Part shown: one piece after another, positions 39,279-48,996 of the stretch
How the letters are laid out: every line of letters starts with the position of its first letter
Position numbering within the stretch: position 1 is the first letter of the stretch
Source: an uncultured Gemmatimonadales bacterium
GTDB taxonomy: Bacteria; Gemmatimonadota; Gemmatimonadetes; Longimicrobiales; Gaopeijiaceae
Length of the DNA: 64,000 nt
Direction of reading: 5' to 3'
Assembly (NCBI GenBank): GCA_963823035.1
Contig: CAWGKG010000007.1
Span: 160,001-224,000 of the forward strand
Position numbers and translations under genes: made by a program
The notes under the pieces: generated by a model
What the model saw: the letters and a program-made list of their open reading frames with translations, nothing else
Told to the model about the DNA's origin: nothing
Database searches by the model: none

Positions 39279-41666
39279 ATGAGCCGAGCCTTCGGCCCAC
39301 GTCGGGCGGAATGGATCGAGGTGAACGAGCCCGGGGACCTCGGGATCTCCGCCGAGTCCATCGCCCATTTCGAGTCCTACGACCTCGTCTACAGGACGCT
39401 GACGGCGGTCCTGTTCAACTACGCGCAGTCCGGGCACCCGGGCGGGTCCGTCTCGTCGGGTCGCATCGTCGCCGGTGCGTTGTTCGACGCGATGGACTAC
39501 GACATCGCCGATCCCGTGCGCCCCGATGCCGACATCCTCTCGTACGCCGCCGGTCACAAGGCCACCGGCCTGTACGCGATGTGGGCGCTCCGTGACGAGG
39601 TGACGCGCATCGCGCGACCGGACCTCCTTCCGGAGGCGGTGAACCATCGGCTGCGCTTCGAGGACCTCCTGGGCTTCCGGCGCAATCCGGCGACGCACAC
39701 GCCTCTGTTCCGGCAGTTCGGCTCCAAGCCGCTGGACGGCCATCCCACCCCGGCCACGCCCCACGTGCGCCTCGCGACGGGGCCCTCGGGCGTCGGCATG
39801 GGCAGCTCGATCGGACTCGCCATCACGCTGGCGGACTACTACGGGAAGGCCAACGCACCGCGCGTGCACATCCTCGAGGGCGAGGGCGGCCTCACGCCGG
39901 GACGCGTCTACGAGGCGGTGGCCGGCGGGTCGGCCTCCGGGCTGAGCAACGTCATCGTGCACCTGGACTGGAACCAGGCGTCGATCGACTCGGACCGCGT
40001 CACCCGCGACGGCTCCGTGCCGGGCGACTACGTCCAGTGGGACCCGATGGAGTTCTTCTACCTCCACGACTGGAACGTGGTGGAGGTGGCGGACGGCTTC
40101 GACTTCCCGATGGTCCTCACGGCGCAGCGCCTCGCGCTCCGCCTCGACAACGGACAGCCCACCGCGGTGGTCTACCGCACCGAGAAGGGCTGGAAGTACG
40201 GCATCACCGGCAAGAAGTCGCACGGCGGCGGCCACAAGCTGTGCAGCGACGCGTACTACGACGCGGTGGCGCCGCTCTTCGGCAAGGGCGGGCCCGGCCT
40301 GCCGCACTGCGGCGCGGACGGGCAGCGGTGCGCCGGCGCGAAGTACAAGGACCAGGTCGAGCAGTGCTACTGGATGACCCTGCAGCGCGTACGGGCGCTG
40401 CTCGAGGACCCGTACCGCCCCATGTGCGAGGAGATGGCCGGGCGTATCGCGGACGCTCGGGAGCGGCTCGAAGGCCGCGGCAGGAAGCCGCGTGAGGGAG
40501 CGCCCGACGTGGAGCGCATCTTCGCGGTGGCCGATCCGGAGACCACGCCGGAGAGCGTCGCGCTCGAGCCCGGTGACTCGGTCGCGCTGCGCAGCCAGCT
40601 CGGGAAGGTGCTCGGCCACCTGAACGAGGCGAGCCACGGCGCGATCTTCATCGCGGCCGCCGACCTCCTCGACTCGACCGCGGTCTCCGGGGCGGCCAAA
40701 GGCTTCCCCACGGGCTACTTCCACCTGGACGCGAACCCCGGAGCCCGCTCGCTCTCCATCGGCGGCATTTGCGAGGACGGACTCTCCTGCGTGCTCACGG
40801 GCGTCTCCTCGATGGGGTTGCACGTGGGCGCCGGCGCGTCGTACGGGGCCTTCATCGCCCCGCTGGGGCACATCCCGGCGCGCGTGCACGCGATCGCGAA
40901 CCAGATGCGTCGCGAGGTGGACGGCCACGACTCGCCCTACCGCCCCTTCATCCTCATCTGCGGGCACGCCGGCATGAAGACCGGTGAGGACGGCCCCACC
41001 CACGCGGATCCCCAGGCGCTGCAGCTGCACCAGGAGAACTACGTGCCCGGTCTGGCGATCACGCTCACGCCGTGGGAGCCGCAGGAGATCTGGCCGCTGA
41101 TGGCGGCCGCCCTCCAGGCACGTCCTGCCGTGATCGTCCCCTTCGTCACGCGTCCCGGCGAGCGCGTCCTGGACCGCGAGGAGATGGGGCTCGCGCCGGC
41201 TTCGGCGGCTGCCCAGGGGCTCTACCGGCTGCGGAGCGCGGAGGGCGAGCGGGACGGCACGATCGTCCTGCAGGGCTCCGAGGTGACGTACGAGTTCGTC
41301 CAGTCGGTGCTGCCGATGCTGGAGACCGAGGGCGTGAACCTCGACGTCTACCACGTGTCCAGCGCGGAGCTGTTCGACCGGCTGGAGGCCGACCAGCAGT
41401 CGGCCATCTTCCCCGCGGAGTCGGCGCACGAGGCGATGGGCATCTCCGGCTTCACCCTTCCCACGATGTACCGCTGGATCCGCTCGGAGATCGGCCTCGC
41501 GCACACGATGTACCCCTTCATGAAGGGCCACTACCTCGGCAGCGGCACGGGTGACATGGTCGTCTTCGAGGCCGGCCTCCACGGAGAGGGCCAGTTCCGG
41601 GAGATCAAGAAGTACCTCGACGCCCTCTCCCGAGAGCGCTCGAAGAGCTCGGTACCGGTCGGATAG
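39279..41666 (+). CDS. Transketolase-like thiamine-diphosphate enzyme (divergent)
   Basis: SGHPGG, AAGHK, DGHP, ATGPSGVG, EGEGG...DWN, KGW...H, GICE, GEDGPTH. Confidence 0.85.
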   Translation: MSRAFGPRRAEWIEVNEPGDLGISAESIAHFESYDLVYRTLTAVLFNYAQSGHPGGSVSSGRIVAGALFDAMDYDIADPVRPDADILSYAAGHKATGLYAMWALRDEVTRIARPDLLPEAVNHRLRFEDLLGFRRNPATHTPLFRQFGSKPLDGHPTPATPHVRLATGPSGVGMGSSIGLAITLADYYGKANAPRVHILEGEGGLTPGRVYEAVAGGSASGLSNVIVHLDWNQASIDSDRVTRDGSVPGDYVQWDPMEFFYLHDWNVVEVADGFDFPMVLTAQRLALRLDNGQPTAVVYRTEKGWKYGITGKKSHGGGHKLCSDAYYDAVAPLFGKGGPGLPHCGADGQRCAGAKYKDQVEQCYWMTLQRVRALLEDPYRPMCEEMAGRIADARERLEGRGRKPREGAPDVERIFAVADPETTPESVALEPGDSVALRSQLGKVLGHLNEASHGAIFIAAADLLDSTAVSGAAKGFPTGYFHLDANPGARSLSIGGICEDGLSCVLTGVSSMGLHVGAGASYGAFIAPLGHIPARVHAIANQMRREVDGHDSPYRPFILICGHAGMKTGEDGPTHADPQALQLHQENYVPGLAITLTPWEPQEIWPLMAAALQARPAVIVPFVTRPGERVLDREEMGLAPASAAAQGLYRLRSAEGERDGTIVLQGSEVTYEFVQSVLPMLETEGVNLDVYHVSSAELFDRLEADQQSAIFPAESAHEAMGISGFTLPTMYRWIRSEIGLAHTMYPFMKGHYLGSGTGDMVVFEAGLHGEGQFREIKKYLDALSRERSKSSVPVG

Positions 41667-41674
41667 ACTTCGAC

Positions 41675-41700
41675 GGGCGGGTCCCTCTCGGGGCCCGCCC
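41675..41700 (+). terminator. GC-rich hairpin after the transketolase-like gene (no U-tract)
   Basis: GGGCGGGTCCC-TCTC-GGGGCCCGCCC. Confidence 0.5.
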
Positions 41701-41721
41701 GCACCGGCCCTCCACCTCGCC

Positions 41722-41737
41722 TGGCATGGGGGTTGCG
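41722..41737 (+). promoter_or_regulatory. Sigma54 -24/-12 promoter candidate
   Basis: TGGCATGGGGGTTGCG: GG 41723-24, 10 nt, GC 41735-36. Confidence 0.65.
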
Positions 41738-41836
41738 TCCTCCCACCCTCCGGACGCGCCCCGCCGACCCTCTTTTCCCCGGGGAAGCGGTGTGCTCTTC
41801 ATCCATATGCCAGAATGCCAGAGGAGGATACAGACG

Positions 41837-42442
41837 ATGCGCACCTTGCTCGTCACCACGATGATCGCGTCGGCCGTCGGCTTCGCCCAACCGTCCGCCG
41901 CTACGGCCCAGGCCGTGTCGCTGGAGCTCCGCGGCGGGCTGGACCGATCGGTCTCCGAGTTCAGGGACGACGGCGGCATCGCCGCGCGCGGCGACGCGGG
42001 CTTCGGCGGAGACGTGATCTTCAGCGTCACGCCGATGCTGTCCATCTACGGTGGATACGGCTGGGACCGCTTCGGCTGCGTCGGCTGCGGAGACGCCGAC
42101 TGGATCACGAGCCACGGCTTCGAGGGCGGTGCCAAGCTCCTGTTCGCGTTCTCGCCGCTCTCCCGGACCCTCACCCCCTGGATCCGGGCGGGTGTCGTGG
42201 CCAACAAGGCCAAGGTCCAGTTCGCGGGGTTCGAGACGACCTCGGACACGGGTCTGGGCTTCCAGGCCTCCGCCGGCGTCGACGTCCCGCTCGGCGACGT
42301 GCTCTCGTTCTCGCCCGCCCTGCGCTATCAGCGCTTCGGCGCCGATTTCGCCACGCTCGGGGACATCCTCGTGGCCAAGGAGACGGTGTCCTACCTCTCG
42401 CTCGACTTCGGCCTGCACATCCATCCGCAGCTGCGACGCTGA
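41837..42442 (+). CDS. Outer-membrane beta-barrel protein (OmpA/OmpW-like small barrel)
   Basis: GAGGAGG RBS, signal peptide, strands GFGGDVIF / PWIRAG / GFQASAGVDVPL / YLSLDFGLHIH. Confidence 0.8.
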   Translation: MRTLLVTTMIASAVGFAQPSAATAQAVSLELRGGLDRSVSEFRDDGGIAARGDAGFGGDVIFSVTPMLSIYGGYGWDRFGCVGCGDADWITSHGFEGGAKLLFAFSPLSRTLTPWIRAGVVANKAKVQFAGFETTSDTGLGFQASAGVDVPLGDVLSFSPALRYQRFGADFATLGDILVAKETVSYLSLDFGLHIHPQLRR

Positions 42443-42462
42443 CGGCGGACCGCTCCCCGGGG

Positions 42463-42616
42463 TGCGCGAGATCGCGCACTTGCGCCCGAAACGACCGCGC
42501 GGTATCGCGCACCCCGAGAGGCTACTCACATGAGGTTTCACATCATGTTACGCCTGTAACTCCATGAAGAACAACATGATGTAGCCTATGCAACCCGAGA
42601 GGGCACGGCACTTGTA
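42463..42616 (+). promoter_or_regulatory. Sigma54-type upstream region: two palindromic UAS 33 bp apart, AT-rich IHF-like segment, -24/-12 variant
   Basis: TGCGCG-AGAT-CGCGCA (42463-78), CGCGCG-GTAT-CGCGCA (42496-511), TAACTCCATGAAG near 42557, GGCACGGCACTTGT (42602-15). Confidence 0.65.
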
Positions 42617-42670
42617 CCTACTCCCCTGTGAACGGAGGCACGACGCCTTCGCAGACACGGAGGAGGAAGG

Positions 42671-43840
42671 ATGAACGCCGCGACCATGAACGCAACGGAA
42701 ACCCACGGATCGGTCCCGCGCAGCATCGGGCTGCACGGTCGGACGGCGGTTCTGGGGGCGATGGCGGGAGGCGTGGCGATGGGCGGCGTGCTCGTCGGCG
42801 CGATGACGCTCGCCGGACGCCTGAGCGGCCACGGGCTCTTCGAGACCGCGTCGGCGCTCTTCATCGTCGGTGCCTTCGTCGGCCTGCTGCACGGCACGGT
42901 CCTGGGCTACCTCGGCCGGCCGACCGGCGTGACGCGCCGACAGGCCGGAAGCGACCTGGCCCGCGCGGTCCTCTTCGCCATCCCCGGCCTGTCGGTCGCG
43001 TGGCTCGCGTCGATCTGGGTGGCCATGACGCTCGTCGCCGCCTACACCGGCCGTCCCGCCGCGCTGGCGGGCGCCGCAGTCGGCTGGGTCGGGGCCGGCG
43101 CCATCCTGGCGGTGGCCACGGTCCACGCCTGGCGGGCCCTCAAGAACGCGTACGCCCGGTGGCCCGAGCGGCGGCCGGGCACGGTTCTCACCGCGGCGTC
43201 GTTCGCCGCGCTGCTCCTCACCTTCCTGGCCGACCGGCCGGAGATCTGGGGCCTGCGCCTCCGTCTGACGGAGACCGGTGCGGTCCTCCTCGCCGCGCTG
43301 CTGGCGGTCTGGGTGGCCGGCCCGCTGGTCACGATCGCCCTGCGGCTGGCGCGCACGGTTCCGTTTCCCCGCGCCCTGGCCGGGCTGGGTGCGCGCCGCA
43401 CGACGGCCGCCGACCTCGGGATCGGCCTGATCGTCGGCGCCGTGGTCGGCCTGCTGGCGGTGCCGTTCGCCGCCCCCGCCGCTCCGACGGCCGTCGCCGG
43501 CACGTTCGTGGTCGGGTTGAGCCAGGCGGTCGTGGACGAAGTGCTCCTGCGGCTCTTCCTGGTGACCGGCGTCGCCTGGCTGATGCTCCGCTGGCACCGC
43601 CTGAACGTCAACGAGGCGCTGGCGGGCGCGGTTGCGGTCGCGACGGTGGTGCAGGTCGCCCTCTACACGCCCGGCGCTCTCTCGATCGGCTTCGCGAACT
43701 GGTCCGGCATGGCCGCCTTCCTCCTCGCCGCCGTCGCGATCCCCGCAGCGGTCTTCGGGGTCCTCTTCTGGCGGCGCGGGTTCGTGACCGCACTGGTCGC
43801 CGACGTCGCCGCACTGGCCGCTATCGCGCTCCTCGCGTGA
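42671..43840 (+). CDS. Polytopic membrane protein with a degenerate CPBP (CAAX protease)-like C-terminal domain
   Basis: Strong GGAGGA RBS, about 12 hydrophobic segments, VVDEVLLRLFL and FGVLFWRRG..TALVAD resemble CPBP motifs with substitutions. Confidence 0.7.
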   Translation: MNAATMNATETHGSVPRSIGLHGRTAVLGAMAGGVAMGGVLVGAMTLAGRLSGHGLFETASALFIVGAFVGLLHGTVLGYLGRPTGVTRRQAGSDLARAVLFAIPGLSVAWLASIWVAMTLVAAYTGRPAALAGAAVGWVGAGAILAVATVHAWRALKNAYARWPERRPGTVLTAASFAALLLTFLADRPEIWGLRLRLTETGAVLLAALLAVWVAGPLVTIALRLARTVPFPRALAGLGARRTTAADLGIGLIVGAVVGLLAVPFAAPAAPTAVAGTFVVGLSQAVVDEVLLRLFLVTGVAWLMLRWHRLNVNEALAGAVAVATVVQVALYTPGALSIGFANWSGMAAFLLAAVAIPAAVFGVLFWRRGFVTALVADVAALAAIALLA

Positions 43841-43864
43841 AGCCGCGCAGTTCCTCCTCCTCCT

Positions 43865-43898
43865 CGAGGGGGTCCGGGTTCCGACCCGGGCCCCCTCG
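43865..43898 (+). terminator. Hairpin terminator candidate
   Basis: CGAGGGGGTCCGGG-TTCCGA-CCCGGGCCCCCTCG followed by a pyrimidine-rich stretch. Confidence 0.55.
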
Positions 43899-44096
43899 CT
43901 CCGTTCTTCTACGGATGGTTTCGCGCGCCTTCGCACACCGGGGGCGCGCGACGGCGTGCCCGGTGCGCGTTTCGGGCCGGGCTCCGCGCGAAGCCGCGCA
44001 CTCGCCTCTACAAAGGGCGGTGTCGGCCTGCTATCTTCTCCGTGGATCTCCTAGCACCACTTCTTCGCGTGGTCGTCGCTTCGGAGGCGACTCCAC

Positions 44097-45527
44097 ATGA
44101 CCTGGGTCCGCCGAGTCCGGTCTCTACCGGTCCGCGGAAAGGTGCTCCTCACCGTTCTCGGCGCGGCGGTCGCCGCGCTGGGCGCTTCCACGTATCTCTC
44201 GTTCCGATACTGGGAGAACGAGGCGCTCGCCTCCGCCACGCGGCAAGCACTGCTCGCAGCTGCCTCCACGCAAGCCACCCTCGAGTCGGCGATCCGCCTC
44301 GGCCGCCTCAGCCCCGCTCACCACGCCCTGACGCGGCTGCGTGAAGAGGGCGACGTGACCACGGCGCGTGTCTACGGCTCCGACGGTCGCATCCTGATCT
44401 CGGCCGACCCCTACGAGGAGGGCACGCGCGCCTCCTCGGTCTTCATCCCGGACGCGTCCGAGCTGCCCCGGGAGGGCATCACCAAGCCGGCCGACTCGGG
44501 CGGCGCCGTACGCGCCTACCTCCCCGTGTCCATCCCCGAACCCGCCGTGCTGGAGGTGGAGTTCTCGGTGGCGCCGACCATGGCGGCCATGGAGCGGGGT
44601 GCGCGACTGGGGATGGGCCTCATGGCGGTGTCCCTCCTCGTCGTCGGCATCGTGGTGGTGACCATGTTCGAGCGGGAGGTGGTGGCCCCTCTGCATCGCA
44701 TGGACGTGCTCCTTCGCGCCCAGGGCCAGGGCGGCCCGCGCAACGAGCTGCTCCACATCGAACGCTCCGTGACGGAGCTGCTGGAGAAGGGACGGGCCGT
44801 CGAGGCGCGAGCGGCCGACCAGGACCGACGCCTGGCGGCGCAGGAGGGGCTGGCGCAGGTGGGTGAGCTGGCCGCGGAGATGGCGCACGAGTTCAAGCGA
44901 CCGCTCGCGTCGATCCAGACGGCCGTGGGGCTCCTGCAGCAGGAGTACGAGCTGGACGAGGGCGGCCGCGAGATGCTCGGGGCCGTGCACCAGCAGCTCG
45001 ACCGCCTGCACGAGACGATGCAGGACCTCTTCTCGCTGGCGAAGCCCCTGGTGACGGAGGGCGACGCCGTCGATCTCTTCGACGTCCTCGACGACGCCCT
45101 CGCCGGTCTCGCCGGCGTTCCGGGCATCGAGCACGTGGAGGTGCACCGGTCGTACGGGCACGAGCGCATTCAGGTGCCTGGCGACGCGAGGCGGTTGGGC
45201 CAGGCGTTCCTGAACGTGATGGGCAACGCCGTCGAGGCGATGCCCGACGGCGGCCACCTCACCCTCGCCACCTCGGTCCGCCCCGACGGCTCCGTCGAGG
45301 TCGCCGTCACCGACACGGGACACGGGCTCGACCCCGAGGCGGTCGAGCGTGCCCTGCGTCCCTTCTACTCCACGAAGCCCCTCGGTACGGGCCTCGGGCT
45401 TCCCCTCGTCGCCCGGATCGTCTCGGCGCACCGCGGAGGGCTGGCCATCGAAAGCCGTCCGAAGCACGGAACCACCGTTCGGATCACCCTGCCCGTGGTC
45501 CCCGAACCCGCCACCACGGGAGCGTGA
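44097..45527 (+). CDS. Membrane sensor histidine kinase (NtrB/ZraS-like)
   Basis: Two TM helices flanking a periplasmic domain, GELAAEMAHEFKRPLASI, NAVEAM, DTGHG, PFYSTKPLGTGLGL. Confidence 0.94.
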   Translation: MTWVRRVRSLPVRGKVLLTVLGAAVAALGASTYLSFRYWENEALASATRQALLAAASTQATLESAIRLGRLSPAHHALTRLREEGDVTTARVYGSDGRILISADPYEEGTRASSVFIPDASELPREGITKPADSGGAVRAYLPVSIPEPAVLEVEFSVAPTMAAMERGARLGMGLMAVSLLVVGIVVVTMFEREVVAPLHRMDVLLRAQGQGGPRNELLHIERSVTELLEKGRAVEARAADQDRRLAAQEGLAQVGELAAEMAHEFKRPLASIQTAVGLLQQEYELDEGGREMLGAVHQQLDRLHETMQDLFSLAKPLVTEGDAVDLFDVLDDALAGLAGVPGIEHVEVHRSYGHERIQVPGDARRLGQAFLNVMGNAVEAMPDGGHLTLATSVRPDGSVEVAVTDTGHGLDPEAVERALRPFYSTKPLGTGLGLPLVARIVSAHRGGLAIESRPKHGTTVRITLPVVPEPATTGA

Positions 45528-45529
45528 CC

Positions 45530-46885
45530 ATGGCAGAGAAGATCCTCTTGGTCGACGACGACGACCTCATCCGCACGGTGGTTGCGGAGCGCCTCCGGCG
45601 GCGCGGGTACGAGGTGTCGGCCGCGCGATCGCTCGCCGAGGCGCGTGCCTCCTTGCGAAACAGCTACCCGGACGCGGCACTCCTGGACATCCGCCTTCCC
45701 GACGGCAACGGCACGGAGTTGTTGGACGAGCTGACCGCCGACGAGGAGGTGCCCTGCGTGATGATCACCGCGCACGCCACCATCGAGTCCGCGGTCGAGG
45801 CGCTCAAGAAGGGCGCGCAGGACTATCTCGAGAAGCCGTTCTCCCTGGACCGCCTGGAGGCCACGCTGGAGGCGACGCTGGAGCGGACGCGACTGCGGCG
45901 CGAGGTGCGCGCGCTGCGACGTGCCGGAGGGGTGCGCGGCAACGTGATCGGCTCGAGCCCCGCCATGCGCGAGGTGCTCAACCTGGTCGACCGGGTGGCC
46001 CCGGCCGAGACCGCCACCGTCCTCCTCCAGGGGGAGACGGGAAGCGGGAAGGGCGTGCTCGCGCGGCTCATCCACGACCTCAGCCCCCGCGCCGACCGGC
46101 CGTTCGTGAGCGTCACCTGCTCGGCCCTGGCGGAGTCGCTGATGGAGTCCGAGCTGTTCGGCCACGAGAAGGGTGCCTTCACCGACGCGCGCACGCTCAA
46201 GCGCGGGCTGGTCGAGGTGGCGGCGGGCGGCACGCTCTTCCTCGACGAGATCGGCGAGCTGTCGCTCGGCCTGCAGAGCAAGCTCCTCGGCTTCATCGAG
46301 GACCACTCGTTCCGACGCGTGGGCGGCACCAACGACCTGAACGTGGACGTTCGCGTCATCACGGCGACGAACCGCCACCTCGAAGAGGAGGTCGCTCAGG
46401 GCCGCTTCCGCCAGGACCTCTTCTACCGGCTGCGGGTGCTGCCCATCGAGTTGCCCCCGCTCCGCCACCGACGTTCGGACATCCCGGCGCTGACGGCCGC
46501 CTTCCTGGACCGCTTCAACCAGGAGTTCGGGAAACGCGTGCGGGGTGTCGCCCGGAACGCGGCGGAGCTTCTGGAGCACTATCCGTGGCCGGGGAACGTG
46601 CGCGAGCTGCAAAACGTGGTGGAGCGCGCCGTTCTGCTCACCGAGGGAGAGGAGATCACGGTGGAGTCGCTGCCCCCCGAGGTCCGGAACACCGGATCGG
46701 ACGACGCCGGCCCGGCGCCGTTCACGCTCGGGCCCGGCGGCGTGGATATCGAAGAGCTGGAGCGCGAGCTACTCATGGAGGCCCTGCGTCGGGCGGAGGG
46801 GAACCGCACCGAGGCCGGGCGCCTGCTGGGGTTGAGTCGGCACCAGATCCGCAATCGCCTGAAGAAGTATGGAGTCGAATCGTGA
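45530..46885 (+). CDS. Sigma54-dependent response regulator (NtrC family)
   Basis: Receiver domain, GETGSGK, ESELFGHEKGAFTDA, LFLDEIGE, DLFYRL, WPGNVREL, Fis-type HTH. Confidence 0.96.
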   Translation: MAEKILLVDDDDLIRTVVAERLRRRGYEVSAARSLAEARASLRNSYPDAALLDIRLPDGNGTELLDELTADEEVPCVMITAHATIESAVEALKKGAQDYLEKPFSLDRLEATLEATLERTRLRREVRALRRAGGVRGNVIGSSPAMREVLNLVDRVAPAETATVLLQGETGSGKGVLARLIHDLSPRADRPFVSVTCSALAESLMESELFGHEKGAFTDARTLKRGLVEVAAGGTLFLDEIGELSLGLQSKLLGFIEDHSFRRVGGTNDLNVDVRVITATNRHLEEEVAQGRFRQDLFYRLRVLPIELPPLRHRRSDIPALTAAFLDRFNQEFGKRVRGVARNAAELLEHYPWPGNVRELQNVVERAVLLTEGEEITVESLPPEVRNTGSDDAGPAPFTLGPGGVDIEELERELLMEALRRAEGNRTEAGRLLGLSRHQIRNRLKKYGVES

Positions 46886-48106
46886 GATCCCCCTTCCCTG
46901 TCCCTCCCAGGCCCCGACCCCTCGGGCGCATCCTCGCGATCGGGGCGCTGCTGGCCTGCTTCGGCCTGCCCGCACCGGGACGCGCCCAGGTCACGCGCCC
47001 CACGTGCGAGTCCTGCCACGGCGAGATCGAGCTCCTGCGCCAGCACGTCTCGACGCTCGAAGACGCGCAGAAGCTGCTGTCGCCGGCGGCCGACCTGGCC
47101 GCGTCGGCACACGGCTCGATGACCTGCTCGGACTGCCACGACGGATTCCGCCGCTACCCGCACGCGGACACGGCCGCGACGAAGAGCTGCCGGTCCTGCC
47201 ACGAGGTGATCGCCAAGACGTGGGAAGACGGCGTACACGCCCTCGACAGCGCCGCCACCTGCACGGCCTGCCACGGCACCCACGACGTCAGGCCGGTGTC
47301 GGAGCTGCGCACTCCCGAAGGTGCACGGGCCATGCGACAGGCGTGCGGCTCCTGCCACTTCGAGCCCGCGCAGGCCACCCACGATCCGCACGCCGACTCC
47401 GTCTCGTGCGCCGGATGCCACGAGCCGCATCGTACCCTCCCGGTCGAGGACGATCGGGCGAACACCCACCCCCTCAACCAGGCGCGCACCTGCGGCGCGT
47501 GCCACGACACGATCGCCGCCGCCTGGAGCGCCGACGTGCACGGCGGGATCGTGCCCGAGCTCTCCACCCCGGGCGGCCGCGTTCCCGAGGGTGCCTCTCG
47601 CGCCGAGCCGCCCGCCTGCAGCGGCTGCCACGGCGCCCACGACATGGTCGCACCCTCGGAGCCGGGCTTCCGCGCGGAGATGGTCGAGCGGTGCTCGCGT
47701 TGCCACGAGTCCTACGCGGAGAGCTTCGCCGACTCGTACCACGGACAGGCCTCCACCCTGGGGTCGGACATCGTCGCGACGTGCGCCGACTGCCACGGCT
47801 CGCACACCATCCTCCCCGCCTCCGACCCCAACTCGAAGGTGAGTGACGGACGCAGGCTCGAGACCTGCCGAACCTGCCACAAGCAGGCCACGGCGGGCTT
47901 CGCGCTGTTCCAGCCACACGCGGATCACAACGACCGGGAGCGGTATCCTTTCGTGTACTGGTCCTATCACCTCATGACCACCCTGCTCATCGGCGTGTTC
48001 ATCGTGTTCGGCGCGCACACCGCACTCTGGCTCGCCCGCCTCGGGTTCGATGCCTTGCGCGGGGTGTCCACGCAGTGCCGGGCACGACGCCGGAGGCGGA
48101 TCATGA
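46882..48106 (+). CDS. Membrane-anchored multiheme cytochrome c (11 CXXCH)
   Basis: GTG overlaps the regulator stop; signal peptide; CESCH, CSDCH, CRSCH, CTACH, CGSCH, CAGCH, CGACH, CSGCH, CSRCH, CADCH, CRTCH; C-terminal TM helix. Reads through into the cytochrome b in this sequence. Confidence 0.9.
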
Positions 48107-48996
48107 CTGCCCCGAAGCCCGAACCCCCCCTGCACATCGATTCCGCCCAGCGCGGTGAAGGCCCCTTCGTCTGGCGGTTCGAGGCCTATCACCGCTGGAC
48201 GCACGCGGCGGTGATCGTCTCCTTCTTCCTCCTGGTGTTGACCGGCCTGCCCCTGCGCTTCAGCCAGGCGTTCTGGGCGGGTCCGCTCATGAAGCTCCTG
48301 GGCGGCGTCGAGATGGCCGGCATCCTCCACCGGATCGGCGCCGGGATCACCTTCGCCTACTTCGGCGCCCACCTGGCGTATCTGATCCGCAAGCTGGTGC
48401 GGGCCCCCGACCCGATGAAGCTGTTCTGGGGACCCGACTCGCTGGTCCCGCAGCCGCGCGACGTCGTGGATTTCGTGCGCCAGATCCTCTGGTACTTCGG
48501 CCGCGGGCCACGCCCGCAGTTCACGCGCTGGAGCTACATGGAGAAGTTCGACTACTTCGCCGTGTTCTGGGGCGTCGCGATCATCGGCGGCTCCGGACTC
48601 ATGCTCTGGTTCCCGGAGTTCTTCGCCCGCTTCATCCCGGGGTGGGTGTTCAACGTCGCGACGATCGTGCACGCCGACGAGGCGCTGCTCGCGGCGGGCT
48701 TCATCTTCACGATCCACTTCTTCCACGTGCACTTCCGCCCGGAGAAGTTCCCCCTGGACGCGGTGATGTTCACCGGGCGCGCGACCAAGGCCTACATGGA
48801 GGAGGAGCACCCGCTGGTGATGGACCAGATCGAGATGCACGCGCACGAGGCTCCCTCCCTCGAGCAGATCCCGGACCGGCCGGCCCCTCCTCCCTCGCGC
48901 CGCGCCTCGCTCATCGCAGCCGGCCTCGGCTTCGCCGCCGTGGCCGTGGGCCTCGCCCTCACCGGATTGATCCTATGGGCCGTTATCCTCTACTGA
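48103..48996 (+). CDS. Membrane di-heme cytochrome b (FdnI/Ni-hydrogenase b-type, CbcL b-domain-like)
   Basis: HRWTHAAVIVSFFLLVLTGLP, GILHRIGA...AHL, EKFDYFAVFWG, IVHADEALLA...IHFFHVH, EEEHP; own GGAGG RBS before ATG 48103. Confidence 0.88.
   Translation: MTAPKPEPPLHIDSAQRGEGPFVWRFEAYHRWTHAAVIVSFFLLVLTGLPLRFSQAFWAGPLMKLLGGVEMAGILHRIGAGITFAYFGAHLAYLIRKLVRAPDPMKLFWGPDSLVPQPRDVVDFVRQILWYFGRGPRPQFTRWSYMEKFDYFAVFWGVAIIGGSGLMLWFPEFFARFIPGWVFNVATIVHADEALLAAGFIFTIHFFHVHFRPEKFPLDAVMFTGRATKAYMEEEHPLVMDQIEMHAHEAPSLEQIPDRPAPPPSRRASLIAAGLGFAAVAVGLALTGLILWAVILY

Noticed and set aside
46150..46200. GAFTDA instead of GAFTGA in the NtrC-type activator as a sign of sigma54 independence
   Set aside because: The variant is common among enhancer-binding proteins, and sigma54-type promoters are present nearby.
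46882..48996. Apparent single ORF fusing the 11-heme cytochrome c to cytochrome b
   Set aside because: The junction reads QCRARRRRRIM. A one-base shift gives ...AGHDAGGGS* with an ATGA overlap and a GGAGG RBS before ATG 48103, so two genes are more likely. A real CbcL-like fusion cannot be fully excluded.
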